From: an uncultured Planctomycetia bacterium
GTDB taxonomy: Bacteria > Omnitrophota > Gorgyraeia > JACOVV01
Assembly: GCA_964372345.1 (NCBI GenBank)
Contig: CAYJQR010000003.1
Span: 1-56,231 of the forward strand
Length of the DNA stretch: 56,231 nucleotides
Direction of reading: 5' to 3'
In this document: positions 40,094 through 50,010 of the stretch, one piece after another
Layout: each line of letters begins with the position of its first letter
Position numbering within the stretch: position 1 is the first letter of the stretch
Translations under genes and position numbers: made by a program
Notes under the pieces: generated by a model
Seen by the model: only the letters and a program-made list of their open reading frames with translations
Databases searched by the model: none
What the model was told of the DNA's origin: nothing

Positions 40094-40784
40094 AAAAGTC
40101 TCCATTGTTATTCCGGTCTTTAACGAAGAAGCCACCATCGCCCAAGTCATTCAGAGTGTGCTCGACTTAAAATTAAATGGTTTGGAAAAAGAGATTATTG
40201 TGGTTGATGACGGCTCGAACGACCAAACAGAATCTCAAATGAAACCTTTCCATTCACAGATCCAATTTTTGAAGCATCCGCGTAATCAAGGAAAAGGAGC
40301 CGCCGTTAGAACAGCGTTAACCGTGGCGAGTGGGGATATTATCGCGATTCAAGACGCCGATCTGGAATACCGTCCCGACGACCTGGTTCATTTGATTAGG
40401 GAATTTGACGACCCCGCAACCGAGGTGGTTTATGGTTCGCGCAACTTAAACCCGGAGCGGAAAGGGTATCCCCTCTATGTCTTAGGTGTTACCGTTTTGA
40501 CTTCTTTAACGAATTGGCTTTTTGGGTGCCGTCTGACCGATATCTATACCTGCTACAAACTGTTCCGTTCTTCCGTGATCAAGTCGGTCTTTCTTGCCAG
40601 CCGGGGATTCGAGTTTGAAGCGGAGATTACGGCAAAAATCCTCAGAAAGGGCGTTCAAATCAAAGAAATCCCGATTCGCTACTATCCAAGAACCTTCAAG
40701 GAAGGGAAAAAAATTCGTTTTCGCGACGGCGTTATCGGCGGTTGGACCCTGATCAAGAATCGCTTCTGCTCTGAGGGGAATTAG
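40071..40784 (+). CDS. GT2 polyprenyl-phosphate glycosyltransferase (DPM1/ArnC-like)
   Basis: 237 aa with VSIVIPVFNEEATI, VVDDGSNDQT and QDADLEY motifs. Confidence 0.8.
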   Translation: MNSSAGNKKVSIVIPVFNEEATIAQVIQSVLDLKLNGLEKEIIVVDDGSNDQTESQMKPFHSQIQFLKHPRNQGKGAAVRTALTVASGDIIAIQDADLEYRPDDLVHLIREFDDPATEVVYGSRNLNPERKGYPLYVLGVTVLTSLTNWLFGCRLTDIYTCYKLFRSSVIKSVFLASRGFEFEAEITAKILRKGVQIKEIPIRYYPRTFKEGKKIRFRDGVIGGWTLIKNRFCSEGN

Positions 40785-40801
40785 TCCATTCATATGGATG
40801 T

Positions 40802-42469
40802 CTATGTCAACCGTCCGACCGAAACACTTCCCTCGATTTCGGAACTCGATTCAATCAAATTCGCTTGAATCCCTTTTGAGCGAATCAGACTCGAATATTT
40901 CCTGTAATACTCTTCCGGATCTCGCCTTTGTACAACCTCTGTGAATTCCTTATAGAATCGCTGAACTCGTTCCTCTAATATCGCTGGGTTGATGTTTGTT
41001 AACTGGATCCGGCTTTTTGTAAAATTAATCCGTCTGGCGCCATCTTTAGTCACCAATCCTTTTTCTAAAGATTGATGATATAGTTCAGAACCCGGAATAG
41101 CCGTGGCGACAAATACTGAAACGCTGGTGAAATGTAATTTCTCTTTAGCAAACTCAAATCCTTCTTCAATTTCCTCTAGTGTTTCCCCAGGCATTCCCAC
41201 CACTAGTGTTCCATGGGTGAAGATGCCGTATTCTTTGGCTTTTGCGATTAGACCAGGAATACTATCTAAGTTGACCGGTTTGTGATGCAATTCTTTTAGG
41301 GTTCGGACATTGGCGCTGTCCAGGGATAATGTAATCTGATAAAGGCCTGACTTGGCCATTAAGTCTACTAGTTCAGGAGTCAATGTATTGATCATTGTCC
41401 CATTAGGTGTGCACCATTTAATGTTTGTTTCTTTTAATCTCGTAAAAAAATCAACGGAATGCTTACGGTCTAGCGTCAAATTATCATCAGCAAATTGGAT
41501 CTCATCAATATCGTACTTCTCCTTTAATCGAAAAATTTCCCGCATAATGTTATCCACCGAACGAACACGGTATTTTTTATACAAGTTCGTACTCGCGCAA
41601 AACGTACAGCTAATCGGACACCCTCTGGAGGTCAATAACTGAGCTACACGACCGCCTTGAGGAACCGGTGAAAAAGGTATGTTAATCTTAAAATATTTTT
41701 CCATTGGCAACAAATGATAGGCGGGAAACGGCAAGGCATCTAAGTCTTGTACTGTTTCCCGCTGGTGGTTGCAAAAAAATTCTCCGTCTATATAACCGGC
41801 CAAGCCATCCGCGTTACGATCGACAACCCCTGATTTTAGATGATTAATAAACTTAACCAAACGATATTCCCCTTCCCCACGGATAACAAAATCAACTGTT
41901 CTCTGGGTTCCGTGATACTTTTGATCAAGTTCAAAGATGTCTTTAGGATAAATTGTTGGATGCAATCCGCCAACGACCACTGTTGCGTCCGGAAAAACCT
42001 TCTTAACAATTCGAGTTAAAGTGAATAAATTGTCCAAATCTGTTGAAAACAAAACAGACGTCCCCACCACATCAGGAACTTTACATTGGCGTAATTTCCT
42101 CTCGATATCTTCCGGCGTTAAACCGTAGGTCATCAGGCCATCTTCATAGATCTCCTGATCATATCCCTCTACCGTACAATCAACCATAGAGACATTAAGA
42201 CCCGCGGACTCAAGGGAAGCGGCAATATAGCTTAACCCTAAGGGAGGGATACAGCGCTTGATCATATTCTTTGGAATCGTAATGGGTGGAGCAATTAACA
42301 GTGTTTCAATATCATCTCCTGCCTGTTCTTTATAATCATGCAGGTCCGGTTTTTGGCCGGTAAATTGAGTCGTGCCCGTTTCTGACTTATTGGCCAGGTA
42401 TTCCCGGAGTTCATTGTTGCCCAAGGCTTCGTTTAAACGTGTTCCTATAAATTGGTTTTCCATTTTCAT
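40802..42469 (-). CDS. class B (B12-binding domain) radical SAM enzyme
   Basis: 555 aa with the SRGCPISCTFC (CxxxCxxC) motif and an N-terminal B12-binding-like Rossmann region (VVVGGLHPT). Confidence 0.8.
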   Translation of the reverse strand: MKMENQFIGTRLNEALGNNELREYLANKSETGTTQFTGQKPDLHDYKEQAGDDIETLLIAPPITIPKNMIKRCIPPLGLSYIAASLESAGLNVSMVDCTVEGYDQEIYEDGLMTYGLTPEDIERKLRQCKVPDVVGTSVLFSTDLDNLFTLTRIVKKVFPDATVVVGGLHPTIYPKDIFELDQKYHGTQRTVDFVIRGEGEYRLVKFINHLKSGVVDRNADGLAGYIDGEFFCNHQRETVQDLDALPFPAYHLLPMEKYFKINIPFSPVPQGGRVAQLLTSRGCPISCTFCASTNLYKKYRVRSVDNIMREIFRLKEKYDIDEIQFADDNLTLDRKHSVDFFTRLKETNIKWCTPNGTMINTLTPELVDLMAKSGLYQITLSLDSANVRTLKELHHKPVNLDSIPGLIAKAKEYGIFTHGTLVVGMPGETLEEIEEGFEFAKEKLHFTSVSVFVATAIPGSELYHQSLEKGLVTKDGARRINFTKSRIQLTNINPAILEERVQRFYKEFTEVVQRRDPEEYYRKYSSLIRSKGIQANLIESSSEIEGSVSVGRLT

Positions 42470-42481
42470 TGAGGGGAAATT

Positions 42482-44458
42482 TCAGGTCACCGATAGTAAT
42501 TCGTCATCCATGCCTGATTCATCCACAACAGCAAACTTGGGGGTGATAATTCTTTTCCTTTCCTGAGCAATGACCATGAATTTTATCCTAAACTCTTCCG
42601 CCAATTTCTGAAAGAGGTCATTGTCTGTTTCCGCCCTGCGTATTTCATCCCATCTACTTTCATCAAAAGCCACATAAAGTGGACAACATCTGGCTATTCC
42701 ACGCAACTCATCCGCCGGCAGGGTCGGTTGAGAGAGCGCCTGGTTGGGGTCTCGATAATCTCCGACTAGATGATTTTCGTGGATTAGACGCACCTCTCTC
42801 GCAAGATGACGAGCCTCGGTTCCACCCAATGGGATGAAAACGTTGAACATAACACCCACGCGACCCGAATGATTCATTCTTTTTGCCAGTCGTACCGTTT
42901 TCATAATAGTCTCGCGACTTTCCCCGGGAACACCAATAATTGTATTTGCTGTGCCGCGAATCATTGGATGCGATCCTTCATCTTGATTATAGTCTTCTTT
43001 TTCTACAACCCTGATTCTGAACTTTGAGGTGTAAAACCAGCCCTCTTTGTCTGGTTTTTGGGGTTTCTCCGAAAGTTCTCTTCTAAACCCGCCAGGCAAA
43101 TCCTCTGCTTCTAGCCTCCATCTATCAAGTTGTCCATAGGTAGTTAAATTATCAAAGGCATTGAGGATAGTCTCATCTGTCATATAACGACTCATAATAC
43201 GTGTTCTAATGTCTACATCCCCCGACTCGACTCCAACGCTAATGCCTTCACAACCCGCTGCTGCCAAAGCTTTAACCCTGAATTCTTCTTGTAGTGTTTC
43301 AGGACGCGTTTCCAACCAAAAAGGCAATTTTGCCTGACACCCCCAATTTCGGACAAACTCCCAAAATGATTCCATAAATTTCTCTGTTTTTCCAACCGGA
43401 AGCGCATTTTCCGCAATAATGTACCAGTATTGGATACCATACCTAGCTGTCTTCTCTTTTACTTCTTTAACAACCTTATCCATCGGCCTCTCTCTAAAGT
43501 TGGAACGACCATCTAATACCCTATAACGATTTTGTATACAGAAATCACAGGCATAGGGACACCCCTGCTGCCAGATCACTACTCCCGTCGGCCTCACGAC
43601 TCCGCCCATTGGCTTAAGAAAACGTTTCCCTTGCCAAATCGTCCAATCCTGCTCAGGGAGTAAGTCCAGATCCATTGGCTCTCTAAATCGCGGCGTAGGG
43701 AAAACTGGGTTGCCCTGTTTATCTTTTGTCCATATATTAGGTATATTGGTGATACTTTCTCTTTTGTATATCGCATTCGCCAATTCCACAAGTGCAGGGT
43801 ATCCTTCCCTGAATCCCAGCATATCAATATTCGGTTCATTGATATACCCTTTTTCTCCAAATGAACTCACATGGGGACCTCCGAAAATAGTTGGGATGGG
43901 CTTAGTATATCCTGCTGATTTTAAGAACTTTGGATCAGCAATGGCATTCGCAAGAGAAACACCCAGGAAATGAGTCATCTCTAGGACCGAAACACCTATT
44001 AAATCGGGTTGAAATTCTACGATAATTTTCTTAAAATCTTCAATGACATCTCCCTTTTCAAAATGTATTCCGTATTTTGAATAATTAGTCGGTATGACTT
44101 GCAATGTTCCAGCCCGTGCTTCGTCGCCAGTAGTTTTTAAAGATGTATATTGTTCTGTATGATAAAAAGTGGTATCAAAAAATTGCACTTCATGCCCAGC
44201 GGACTTTAGGCCGCTAGACAAAATCCCAAGACCTGCGTGTACAAGGGTATCAAACATATTATTGGAGTATACTAACAAAACTCGCAGACCTGTTTTACCT
44301 TTTCGTGGTATTGCCGCTAACTTTTCTTCAATCGGTGTATAAGCTCCGCCTGGAGGCACATAGACATATGGATCTGTTAAAGCTGGAGGGTGATTAAGAT
44401 AATCAGGATCAATTTCTATGAATTGAGCTAAGATTTTATCGACTGATTGTTGGTCCAT
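42482..44458 (-). CDS. class B (B12-binding domain) radical SAM enzyme, long form
   Basis: 658 aa with the QQGCPYACDFC (CxxxCxxC) motif and an N-terminal B12-binding-like region (IFGGPHVS). It ends 12 nt upstream of the next rSAM gene. Confidence 0.8.
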   Translation of the reverse strand: MDQQSVDKILAQFIEIDPDYLNHPPALTDPYVYVPPGGAYTPIEEKLAAIPRKGKTGLRVLLVYSNNMFDTLVHAGLGILSSGLKSAGHEVQFFDTTFYHTEQYTSLKTTGDEARAGTLQVIPTNYSKYGIHFEKGDVIEDFKKIIVEFQPDLIGVSVLEMTHFLGVSLANAIADPKFLKSAGYTKPIPTIFGGPHVSSFGEKGYINEPNIDMLGFREGYPALVELANAIYKRESITNIPNIWTKDKQGNPVFPTPRFREPMDLDLLPEQDWTIWQGKRFLKPMGGVVRPTGVVIWQQGCPYACDFCIQNRYRVLDGRSNFRERPMDKVVKEVKEKTARYGIQYWYIIAENALPVGKTEKFMESFWEFVRNWGCQAKLPFWLETRPETLQEEFRVKALAAAGCEGISVGVESGDVDIRTRIMSRYMTDETILNAFDNLTTYGQLDRWRLEAEDLPGGFRRELSEKPQKPDKEGWFYTSKFRIRVVEKEDYNQDEGSHPMIRGTANTIIGVPGESRETIMKTVRLAKRMNHSGRVGVMFNVFIPLGGTEARHLAREVRLIHENHLVGDYRDPNQALSQPTLPADELRGIARCCPLYVAFDESRWDEIRRAETDNDLFQKLAEEFRIKFMVIAQERKRIITPKFAVVDESGMDDELLSVT

Positions 44459-44589
44459 GTTGCTTAAAACCTATCGTATTGCCAGGTTGGATTAACTTCT
44501 GCAATCGTCTATTGATGGCCAAAGGGAATCTACCATAAAAAACCAACGAAAGTCAAGAGCATTTTCGGATCTTGGAGGAATTAATCCTT

Positions 44590-45468
44590 TCATCTCTTCA
44601 AGAACAGATTCATATATGTTTCTCTCCGGGATACCTTCAAAAGTTCTTCCGTAGAGATTTTCTCGACTTTCTTCTTCCCCTCATTAAGGTGCGAAATGTC
44701 AAAACCGTAGTCCCTGCATTGGGCTAAAAATTTCGCCGTCGTTGATCCCGCCTGAATAATCTTATCCGGGCAAAATTCGCAAAGCATCATGATCGCCGGA
44801 TTCTTTTTGATGGTCTCTTTCATGCCTGCCAAGGCTAAAAATTCGGCTCCCTGAATATCCATCTTGATGAAATCGATCTTGGGCCAATCCCGCTCGCTCA
44901 AAAAATGATCAAGCGTTGTGGCTTCAATCTCGATGGAAGGCCGCCCGTCGGCTGGGTCATAGATTCTATGATCTCCCTGATTGGCTTTGTTCAACCAGAG
45001 AACGATCCGTCCTGATTGATTGGAGACGGCTTTAGGGATGGCAATGGCATTGGCGCAATGATTAGCTTGGATATTCTTGAGGAGAAGCGCGTACTGGCCG
45101 GGTTCCGGTTCAAAAGAGAAAACTCTGCCGTTAACCCCTACGCAATCCGCAAGCAGTATTGTGTAGTATCCCAGATTGGCCCCAATATCAACAACGGTCA
45201 TCCCAGGATTGATGATCCCTTTGAAGAATTCTGATTCAAATTTTCCCATCATCGAAAACTTATACAGATAGAGCGCCAGTACCCGATCTGGGCTCTTCGC
45301 GAATAATTCATGGCATCCAATTTTGACGCGGATACCGTTCTCTGTTTTGACGCATCGGCCTAAAAACCTCGACGCACCGGCCGTAATTATGGAATTTTCT
45401 AAGCGGGTTAATATCCTAGAGAGCGTCATCTTTGAGAACCCATCCACCTCTTCCAACGACACCTCCAC
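44590..45468 (-). CDS. FkbM-family methyltransferase
   Basis: VVDIGANLGYYT motif. Depending on the start chosen, the start region overlaps the lpxA 3-prime end by 14-53 nt. Confidence 0.75.
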   Translation of the reverse strand: MEVSLEEVDGFSKMTLSRILTRLENSIITAGASRFLGRCVKTENGIRVKIGCHELFAKSPDRVLALYLYKFSMMGKFESEFFKGIINPGMTVVDIGANLGYYTILLADCVGVNGRVFSFEPEPGQYALLLKNIQANHCANAIAIPKAVSNQSGRIVLWLNKANQGDHRIYDPADGRPSIEIEATTLDHFLSERDWPKIDFIKMDIQGAEFLALAGMKETIKKNPAIMMLCEFCPDKIIQAGSTTAKFLAQCRDYGFDISHLNEGKKKVEKISTEELLKVSRRETYMNLFLKR

Positions 45469-46228
45469 AAATCCCTCTCCTGGAACTTTCGATAAATTCG
45501 ACGATACACGCGGTCTCCGCGGACGGAGCCTGCTCTTTTAAAAGAACCAGCGCGCGCGAAAGATTCATCCCGGAATAGTACAGGGTTTTAAAATCCTGCC
45601 TTATTCTTTCTCTCTGTTCCGAAGTATATCCCGCTCTCCTCAGGCCGGTAACGTTCACGGCACACACCCGCGATTCTCCTTTAGCGAGCATAAACGGCGG
45701 CACGTCCTTGCTGATTCTCGAGAGCCCGCCGATCATGGTCAGTTGTCCAATCCGGACAAACTGATGAACAACAACGTTCCCGGAAATAAACGCCCCATCT
45801 CCAACCTCCACATAACCGGCCAGCAAAGAACCGTTGGCCAAAACGACGCGATTGCCGATCCGGCAGTCGTGAGCAATATGGGAATGCGCCATGATAAAGT
45901 TATTGTCGCCGATCAACGTCGTGGATCCCTCTTTGGATCCCCGGTGAATGGTCGCGTATTCCCGAATCAAATTGTTTTTTCCGACGCGGACCGTGCTCTT
46001 GATTTCTTTTTTAAAGCCCCAATCCTGCGGCACATGTCCAATAACAGCTCCCATATGAATTTCCGTGTTCTCGCCGATTTCAGCGGAACCGGTGATGTAG
46101 GCATGGGCATAGACTTTGACCCCTTTGGCAAGAGTGACGTGATCATCCACGATCGCATAGGGACCGACTTCAACCCCGCTGGCTATCTTGGCTTTGGGGT
46201 GAACGATTGCCGTCGGATGAATTGCCAT
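45416..46228 (-). CDS. lpxA: acyl-ACP:UDP-N-acetylglucosamine O-acyltransferase
   Basis: 270 aa. Hexapeptide-repeat left-handed beta-helix followed by the LpxA-type helical C-terminal domain (VNVTGLRRAGYTSEQRERIRQDFKTLYYSG). Confidence 0.8.
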   Translation of the reverse strand: MAIHPTAIVHPKAKIASGVEVGPYAIVDDHVTLAKGVKVYAHAYITGSAEIGENTEIHMGAVIGHVPQDWGFKKEIKSTVRVGKNNLIREYATIHRGSKEGSTTLIGDNNFIMAHSHIAHDCRIGNRVVLANGSLLAGYVEVGDGAFISGNVVVHQFVRIGQLTMIGGLSRISKDVPPFMLAKGESRVCAVNVTGLRRAGYTSEQRERIRQDFKTLYYSGMNLSRALVLLKEQAPSAETACIVEFIESSRRGICGGVVGRGGWVLKDDAL

Positions 46229-46283
46229 ATTGGGGGGAAAGATATGGAGTCGGTTAATCTGTCAAGAGCCGCAAGAAAACCGT

Positions 46284-47807
46284 CTACCCGATTGGAATGA
46301 AAGTGGGCTTCAACCGTTGCGCAGCCTCTTGACTGAGAATCTCATTTCGTCTTTTAATCATATCTTCTCTTTTTTTAAGCCGTTCGTCTTCCAGGTCCTT
46401 TTGAACGCTCAAAACATACCCGACGGGGTTATATTTTGTGTTTCCAGTTTCATCGACTTCGGCAAGTCTGGCGGCGACTAAACGTTTTGCGGCAACGATA
46501 AATTTCTTAAAGTCGTCTTCTAAAAAAGACCCGTTAAGGAGTCCGCCCTTTTGTAAATAACCCACCATCGGTTTCCCCATCACAGTATGATGGCGGATTA
46601 AAGAAGTCAACATTCGGATATCATAGTATTCCCGAACGCCGAGTTCTTCAATGACCAGCGGCGCGGTTAAAAGATCGCTGAAAATATAATCGCCCCGTCT
46701 TAGGTAACGTGTCCGCTCGATGAACGTCTGGTAATTGCTTTTCACGGCCTTTGAATCCCTCACCGAGACCGTCACAGGAACTACGGCGTCATAGTTAAGC
46801 AAGCTTTGGTGGATGGCATGCATATCATCGTGATCGGATCGAATGATGCATCGATACACGTCGTCGACATCGATGTGGGTTGGGCAGATATCGCAGGCCA
46901 AACACCTCATAATATTCCTGTCGGCAATATCCAAGATCATCGCCTCCAGCGGTTCTCCGCAGTTTCTAATTAATTGCTGAACGCAATTCTTTGCTAACCC
47001 ATCCGCATCTTGCAGAATCCAAAATAACACTTTCACGGGTCCTTGAAGTTCACGGCCGTAATGAAGCTTTCTGAGCAGACTGGAAATCCGCCGTCCGGTC
47101 CCCATAGAAGTCCACAGTCCGTACTCATCCTTATGCATTGTCCCGACGTCTCCAGCGTGGCCGGTGCCGCCGTATTGGGAAGTGGTTTCGCTGTCATTTC
47201 CAATGGCGAGCAATCCCAAACTAACCATGTCGAGCATCTGGTAAATCAAAGTGGTTTCTTGTCCTCCATTCCTTTTGGCTCCCACGGCGATTCCTCCATA
47301 GAGTTTTCCGCGGAGACCCGCTCGCAGCTCCTCGTCCTGACGGATAAGTTCGATTAGGGAGTGGGCTAAACTGCCTCGATCTCCGAAGTAGACCGGGCCG
47401 GAAATCAGAAACCCATCTGACTCCATGAGTTTCCTTTTGAGCTCGTCGAGATTTCGGACACTGCCCCAAGCCGTGAAATACTCCGCTAAAGAAATGTGAT
47501 CAATCTCTACGCCTTTTTGATGGGCTGACCACAAAGCAGCCGCAAGGGCCACTTCCGAATTGCTCAGTCCCTTATTGCCGGCTTCTTTTCTGAGGTTGCT
47601 GTAAATCTCCAGGAAAGGTTTCTTTTCTCGTCTTCCTGCTTCCAGAAAGTTCTCCAAATGCTGTTCTGACTCTCTCGTCAGAAAACCTTTCAACTCCTCC
47701 TCCGTTTTTATAGCTTTCAATGATTCCACCAAATCGCGATTGCCGAGTCCCCAACGGGCATTTCTTAAACTGGCCGCGATTCCCAAAAGCTTGGCTTGAT
47801 TTTTCAT
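46284..47807 (-). CDS. tandem flavodoxin-like (NADPH-dependent FMN reductase / iron-sulfur flavoprotein-like) oxidoreductase
   Basis: 507 aa. The first half has LISGPVYFGDRGS and GGIAVGAKRNGGQETT segments. The second half carries the compact Cys motif CLACDICP...C. Confidence 0.45.
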   Translation of the reverse strand: MKNQAKLLGIAASLRNARWGLGNRDLVESLKAIKTEEELKGFLTRESEQHLENFLEAGRREKKPFLEIYSNLRKEAGNKGLSNSEVALAAALWSAHQKGVEIDHISLAEYFTAWGSVRNLDELKRKLMESDGFLISGPVYFGDRGSLAHSLIELIRQDEELRAGLRGKLYGGIAVGAKRNGGQETTLIYQMLDMVSLGLLAIGNDSETTSQYGGTGHAGDVGTMHKDEYGLWTSMGTGRRISSLLRKLHYGRELQGPVKVLFWILQDADGLAKNCVQQLIRNCGEPLEAMILDIADRNIMRCLACDICPTHIDVDDVYRCIIRSDHDDMHAIHQSLLNYDAVVPVTVSVRDSKAVKSNYQTFIERTRYLRRGDYIFSDLLTAPLVIEELGVREYYDIRMLTSLIRHHTVMGKPMVGYLQKGGLLNGSFLEDDFKKFIVAAKRLVAARLAEVDETGNTKYNPVGYVLSVQKDLEDERLKKREDMIKRRNEILSQEAAQRLKPTFIPIG

Positions 47808-48874
47808 GTTGAAACCTCCTTGAACAACCTCTTTAAAAAGGGTTGTTTATGGACTACGATTTCTTTTGTTTCCTGGGTGACCGCGCGGAGTTTCTCGTCT
47901 GAAACCTTCAAACATCCTCTGAGTTCAAAGTTCCTTTCAAGCAATGACCGCTCTAATTTTAAATAGCCATTGCATTCCAAATCCATGGAAAGTTCGTTTC
48001 TGTGAGCAATCCGAATTTCATGCCAGCATCCGATTTCCCCTTGAAAACCGTTTCCCCAAATCACTCGAAGACCCAATTCCTTGGCTTTCTGAATCATTTT
48101 TGAACTTCTCTCCGGGCCTCCCTGCTTGAGCAGCTTTAACTTCACCCACTCCACACCCCATTCCTTGGCTCGATAAAGGTCTTCTTCTGTCCATATGGAT
48201 TCATCCAGCATAATGGGAAACGGAAGATTTTCCACTTCGAGAAGCTTCTCCCAGTCATCCTTTAGAAAAGGTTGTTCCAAATATTCGATTTGATCAAGAG
48301 GAACTTTTTCAGCGAATACCCTCGCGTCTTGCACCGAGTAACTTTGGTTGGCATCTACCCTCAACTTCCCCTCTCCCGGCAATAAGATCAGGATTTCTTT
48401 TATGATCCTTACATCCTCTTCAATCCCTGCCATGCCCACCTTTACCTTAATCGTCCGGTACCCCTTTTCCACTAACGATAAAACGTCCTTCAAAACTTTC
48501 GACTTCTCTCTGCCAATGCCAACAACCCCGACCAGGGGAGGGATCTCGTCAATTGAATCTTCGGGAAAAACAAGAAGATGCTCTACCGCGGTCATGATTG
48601 CCGAAGCAGTGAACGGTTTTTTAAAGAGACAGGATTCGTCGCCGGCTTCCAAAGCCATTGCTACGTGACGAACATTCTGCCAAATATATTCTTCGGTCTC
48701 CCAAGAGTATCCGGCAAGAGGAACTGTTTCTGCGAATCCGCATTTTCCGGTTTCGCTCGCGGCCCGGCAAATGACTCCCTTTAAGAAGTCATGGCTCCCA
48801 AGGGAAAGCTCATAAGTTCTTTTTAAAGGCTGCGTTACACGATAAAATTCTAGACGGATTTCTTCTGATCTCAC
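47804..48874 (-). CDS. enolase-superfamily enzyme, muconate-lactonizing (MLE) subgroup (dipeptide epimerase / N-acyl amino acid racemase / OSBS-like)
   Basis: 356 aa with IKVKVG (KxK), LRVDANQSY, IEYLEQP, MLDES and VKLKLLKQGG motifs. Apparent GTG start. Confidence 0.7.
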   Translation of the reverse strand: MRSEEIRLEFYRVTQPLKRTYELSLGSHDFLKGVICRAASETGKCGFAETVPLAGYSWETEEYIWQNVRHVAMALEAGDESCLFKKPFTASAIMTAVEHLLVFPEDSIDEIPPLVGVVGIGREKSKVLKDVLSLVEKGYRTIKVKVGMAGIEEDVRIIKEILILLPGEGKLRVDANQSYSVQDARVFAEKVPLDQIEYLEQPFLKDDWEKLLEVENLPFPIMLDESIWTEEDLYRAKEWGVEWVKLKLLKQGGPERSSKMIQKAKELGLRVIWGNGFQGEIGCWHEIRIAHRNELSMDLECNGYLKLERSLLERNFELRGCLKVSDEKLRAVTQETKEIVVHKQPFLKRLFKEVST

Positions 48875-48891
48875 TTAACTCACTTAATACC

Positions 48892-48920
48892 ATGATATGA
48901 CAAAAGATATCGAGAGTCAA
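48892..48920 (-). promoter_or_regulatory. candidate internal sigma70 promoter
   Basis: On the minus strand: TTGACT (48915-48920), a 17-nt spacer, then TATCAT (48892-48897). It lies in the 92-bp AT-rich gap upstream of the enolase-superfamily gene. Confidence 0.5.
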
Positions 48921-48966
48921 TCATATGTATCTTAACTTATTCAGCATAGCGGTCTCTTCTTTGCTT

Positions 48967-50010
48967 CTAGGAGCAATCCGATATTTCCATTAGAGATTTA
49001 GGTAAAACCAGGTCGTTTTGCGTCCGCACTAAGATAACATCCGTGTCGTAACGAGAAAAATTTTCGGTTTTCAGTCCAAAAACTAAAGAATCCACCGTCG
49101 CTTTTGGGAAATTCATGCCGATTGCAGTTGACAAAAAACTATACCCCCAATACCGCGGATTGATTTCTAGGAAAACATATTCTCCCGTTTTTTCATTTTT
49201 TTTAAATTCAACATTAACGGGTCCGCGCCACCCGCCTATCTCATTAAGAAGAGCCCGCCCTTGTCGTGTGACAACGTTGTCGTAGATGGGTTCTCCGGCG
49301 ACCCCTGGCCCGCCAAAACTAAATTTAGTCCTTAGACTCCTGCTGCAAAATTCACTGAGGGACCGTCCCCCGGCGTCAAAAAAAGCGGCGTAGAGATAAA
49401 TACTTCCGGAACCGCCGGGCACGTAAGATTGTAGAAGAATAGGAATCTTTTTCTTTAAGAGATCCTTTGCGTAAAACCGCAATTCCGCCATGTCATGGAG
49501 AATCCGCACGTGACTGGCGCCATCTCCGGTGTTGGGTTTCACCAACATGGGGAATTGAATATTGCGCCTCTCTACCTGCTTAAGCTGGCGGCTGTTTTTT
49601 ACCAGTGTCGTCCTGGGAAACGGTATTGAAAGCTTATCGCAAAGACGACAACATTCATATTTATTCAGAGCGGTTTTAACCGCGCCGTATTTGGAAGCGA
49701 GGAGGAGGATCCCTCTGGCATCAAAATATTTTTTCTTCTTGGTGAACTGATAGACTTCTGAATCTGACACCGGGAAAATTGCGTCTATTTTTTCTTTTCT
49801 ACAAACATTCATCACCTGACCGATAAAACGCGAATCCGTCCCATTGGGCGCTCGATATCGCGGCATTCGCGGGTATAACGCAAAGGCCGATCCTAACCGT
49901 TCGCTATCGGCAAGCACGAGTTCAACACGCGGGTCATCCAAAAGCCCCTTAATGATAGAAAGACCGCAGGAAGAATTAGCGGACGTTATCAGAACTCGTT
50001 TTTTTTTCAC
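48967..50010 (-). CDS. ATP-grasp domain ligase
   Basis: 347 aa with pre-ATP-grasp and ATP-grasp architecture (FPMLVKPNTGDGASHV, VNVEFKKNEKTGEYVFLEINPR). Its start abuts the upstream stop. Confidence 0.7.
   Translation of the reverse strand: MKKKRVLITSANSSCGLSIIKGLLDDPRVELVLADSERLGSAFALYPRMPRYRAPNGTDSRFIGQVMNVCRKEKIDAIFPVSDSEVYQFTKKKKYFDARGILLLASKYGAVKTALNKYECCRLCDKLSIPFPRTTLVKNSRQLKQVERRNIQFPMLVKPNTGDGASHVRILHDMAELRFYAKDLLKKKIPILLQSYVPGGSGSIYLYAAFFDAGGRSLSEFCSRSLRTKFSFGGPGVAGEPIYDNVVTRQGRALLNEIGGWRGPVNVEFKKNEKTGEYVFLEINPRYWGYSFLSTAIGMNFPKATVDSLVFGLKTENFSRYDTDVILVRTQNDLVLPKSLMEISDCS

Noticed and set aside
40802-44458. Reading the B12-radical SAM genes as hopanoid C-methylases (HpnP/HpnR) because hpnC lies about 11 kb away
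   Set aside because: Unrelated genes on both strands separate them from hpnC, and no other hpn genes (shc, hpnD/E/H) are visible. I cannot verify subfamily signatures by eye. I keep this only as something a phylogeny should test.
44459-44589. Small ORFs of 9 and 14 codons and a TTGACT box in the FkbM-rSAM gap
   Set aside because: The ORFs are too short and have no SD. The -10 candidates are poor. This is noted only as a possible weak internal promoter.
45743-46300. 185-aa plus-strand ORF, and similar nested ORFs such as 1656-1880, 7528-7836, 11945-12364, 36511-36864 and 53441-53915
   Set aside because: All lie antisense to, or out of frame within, longer ORFs that carry clear family motifs. 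Their compositions are typical of shadow frames, being rich in Arg, Ser and Pro.
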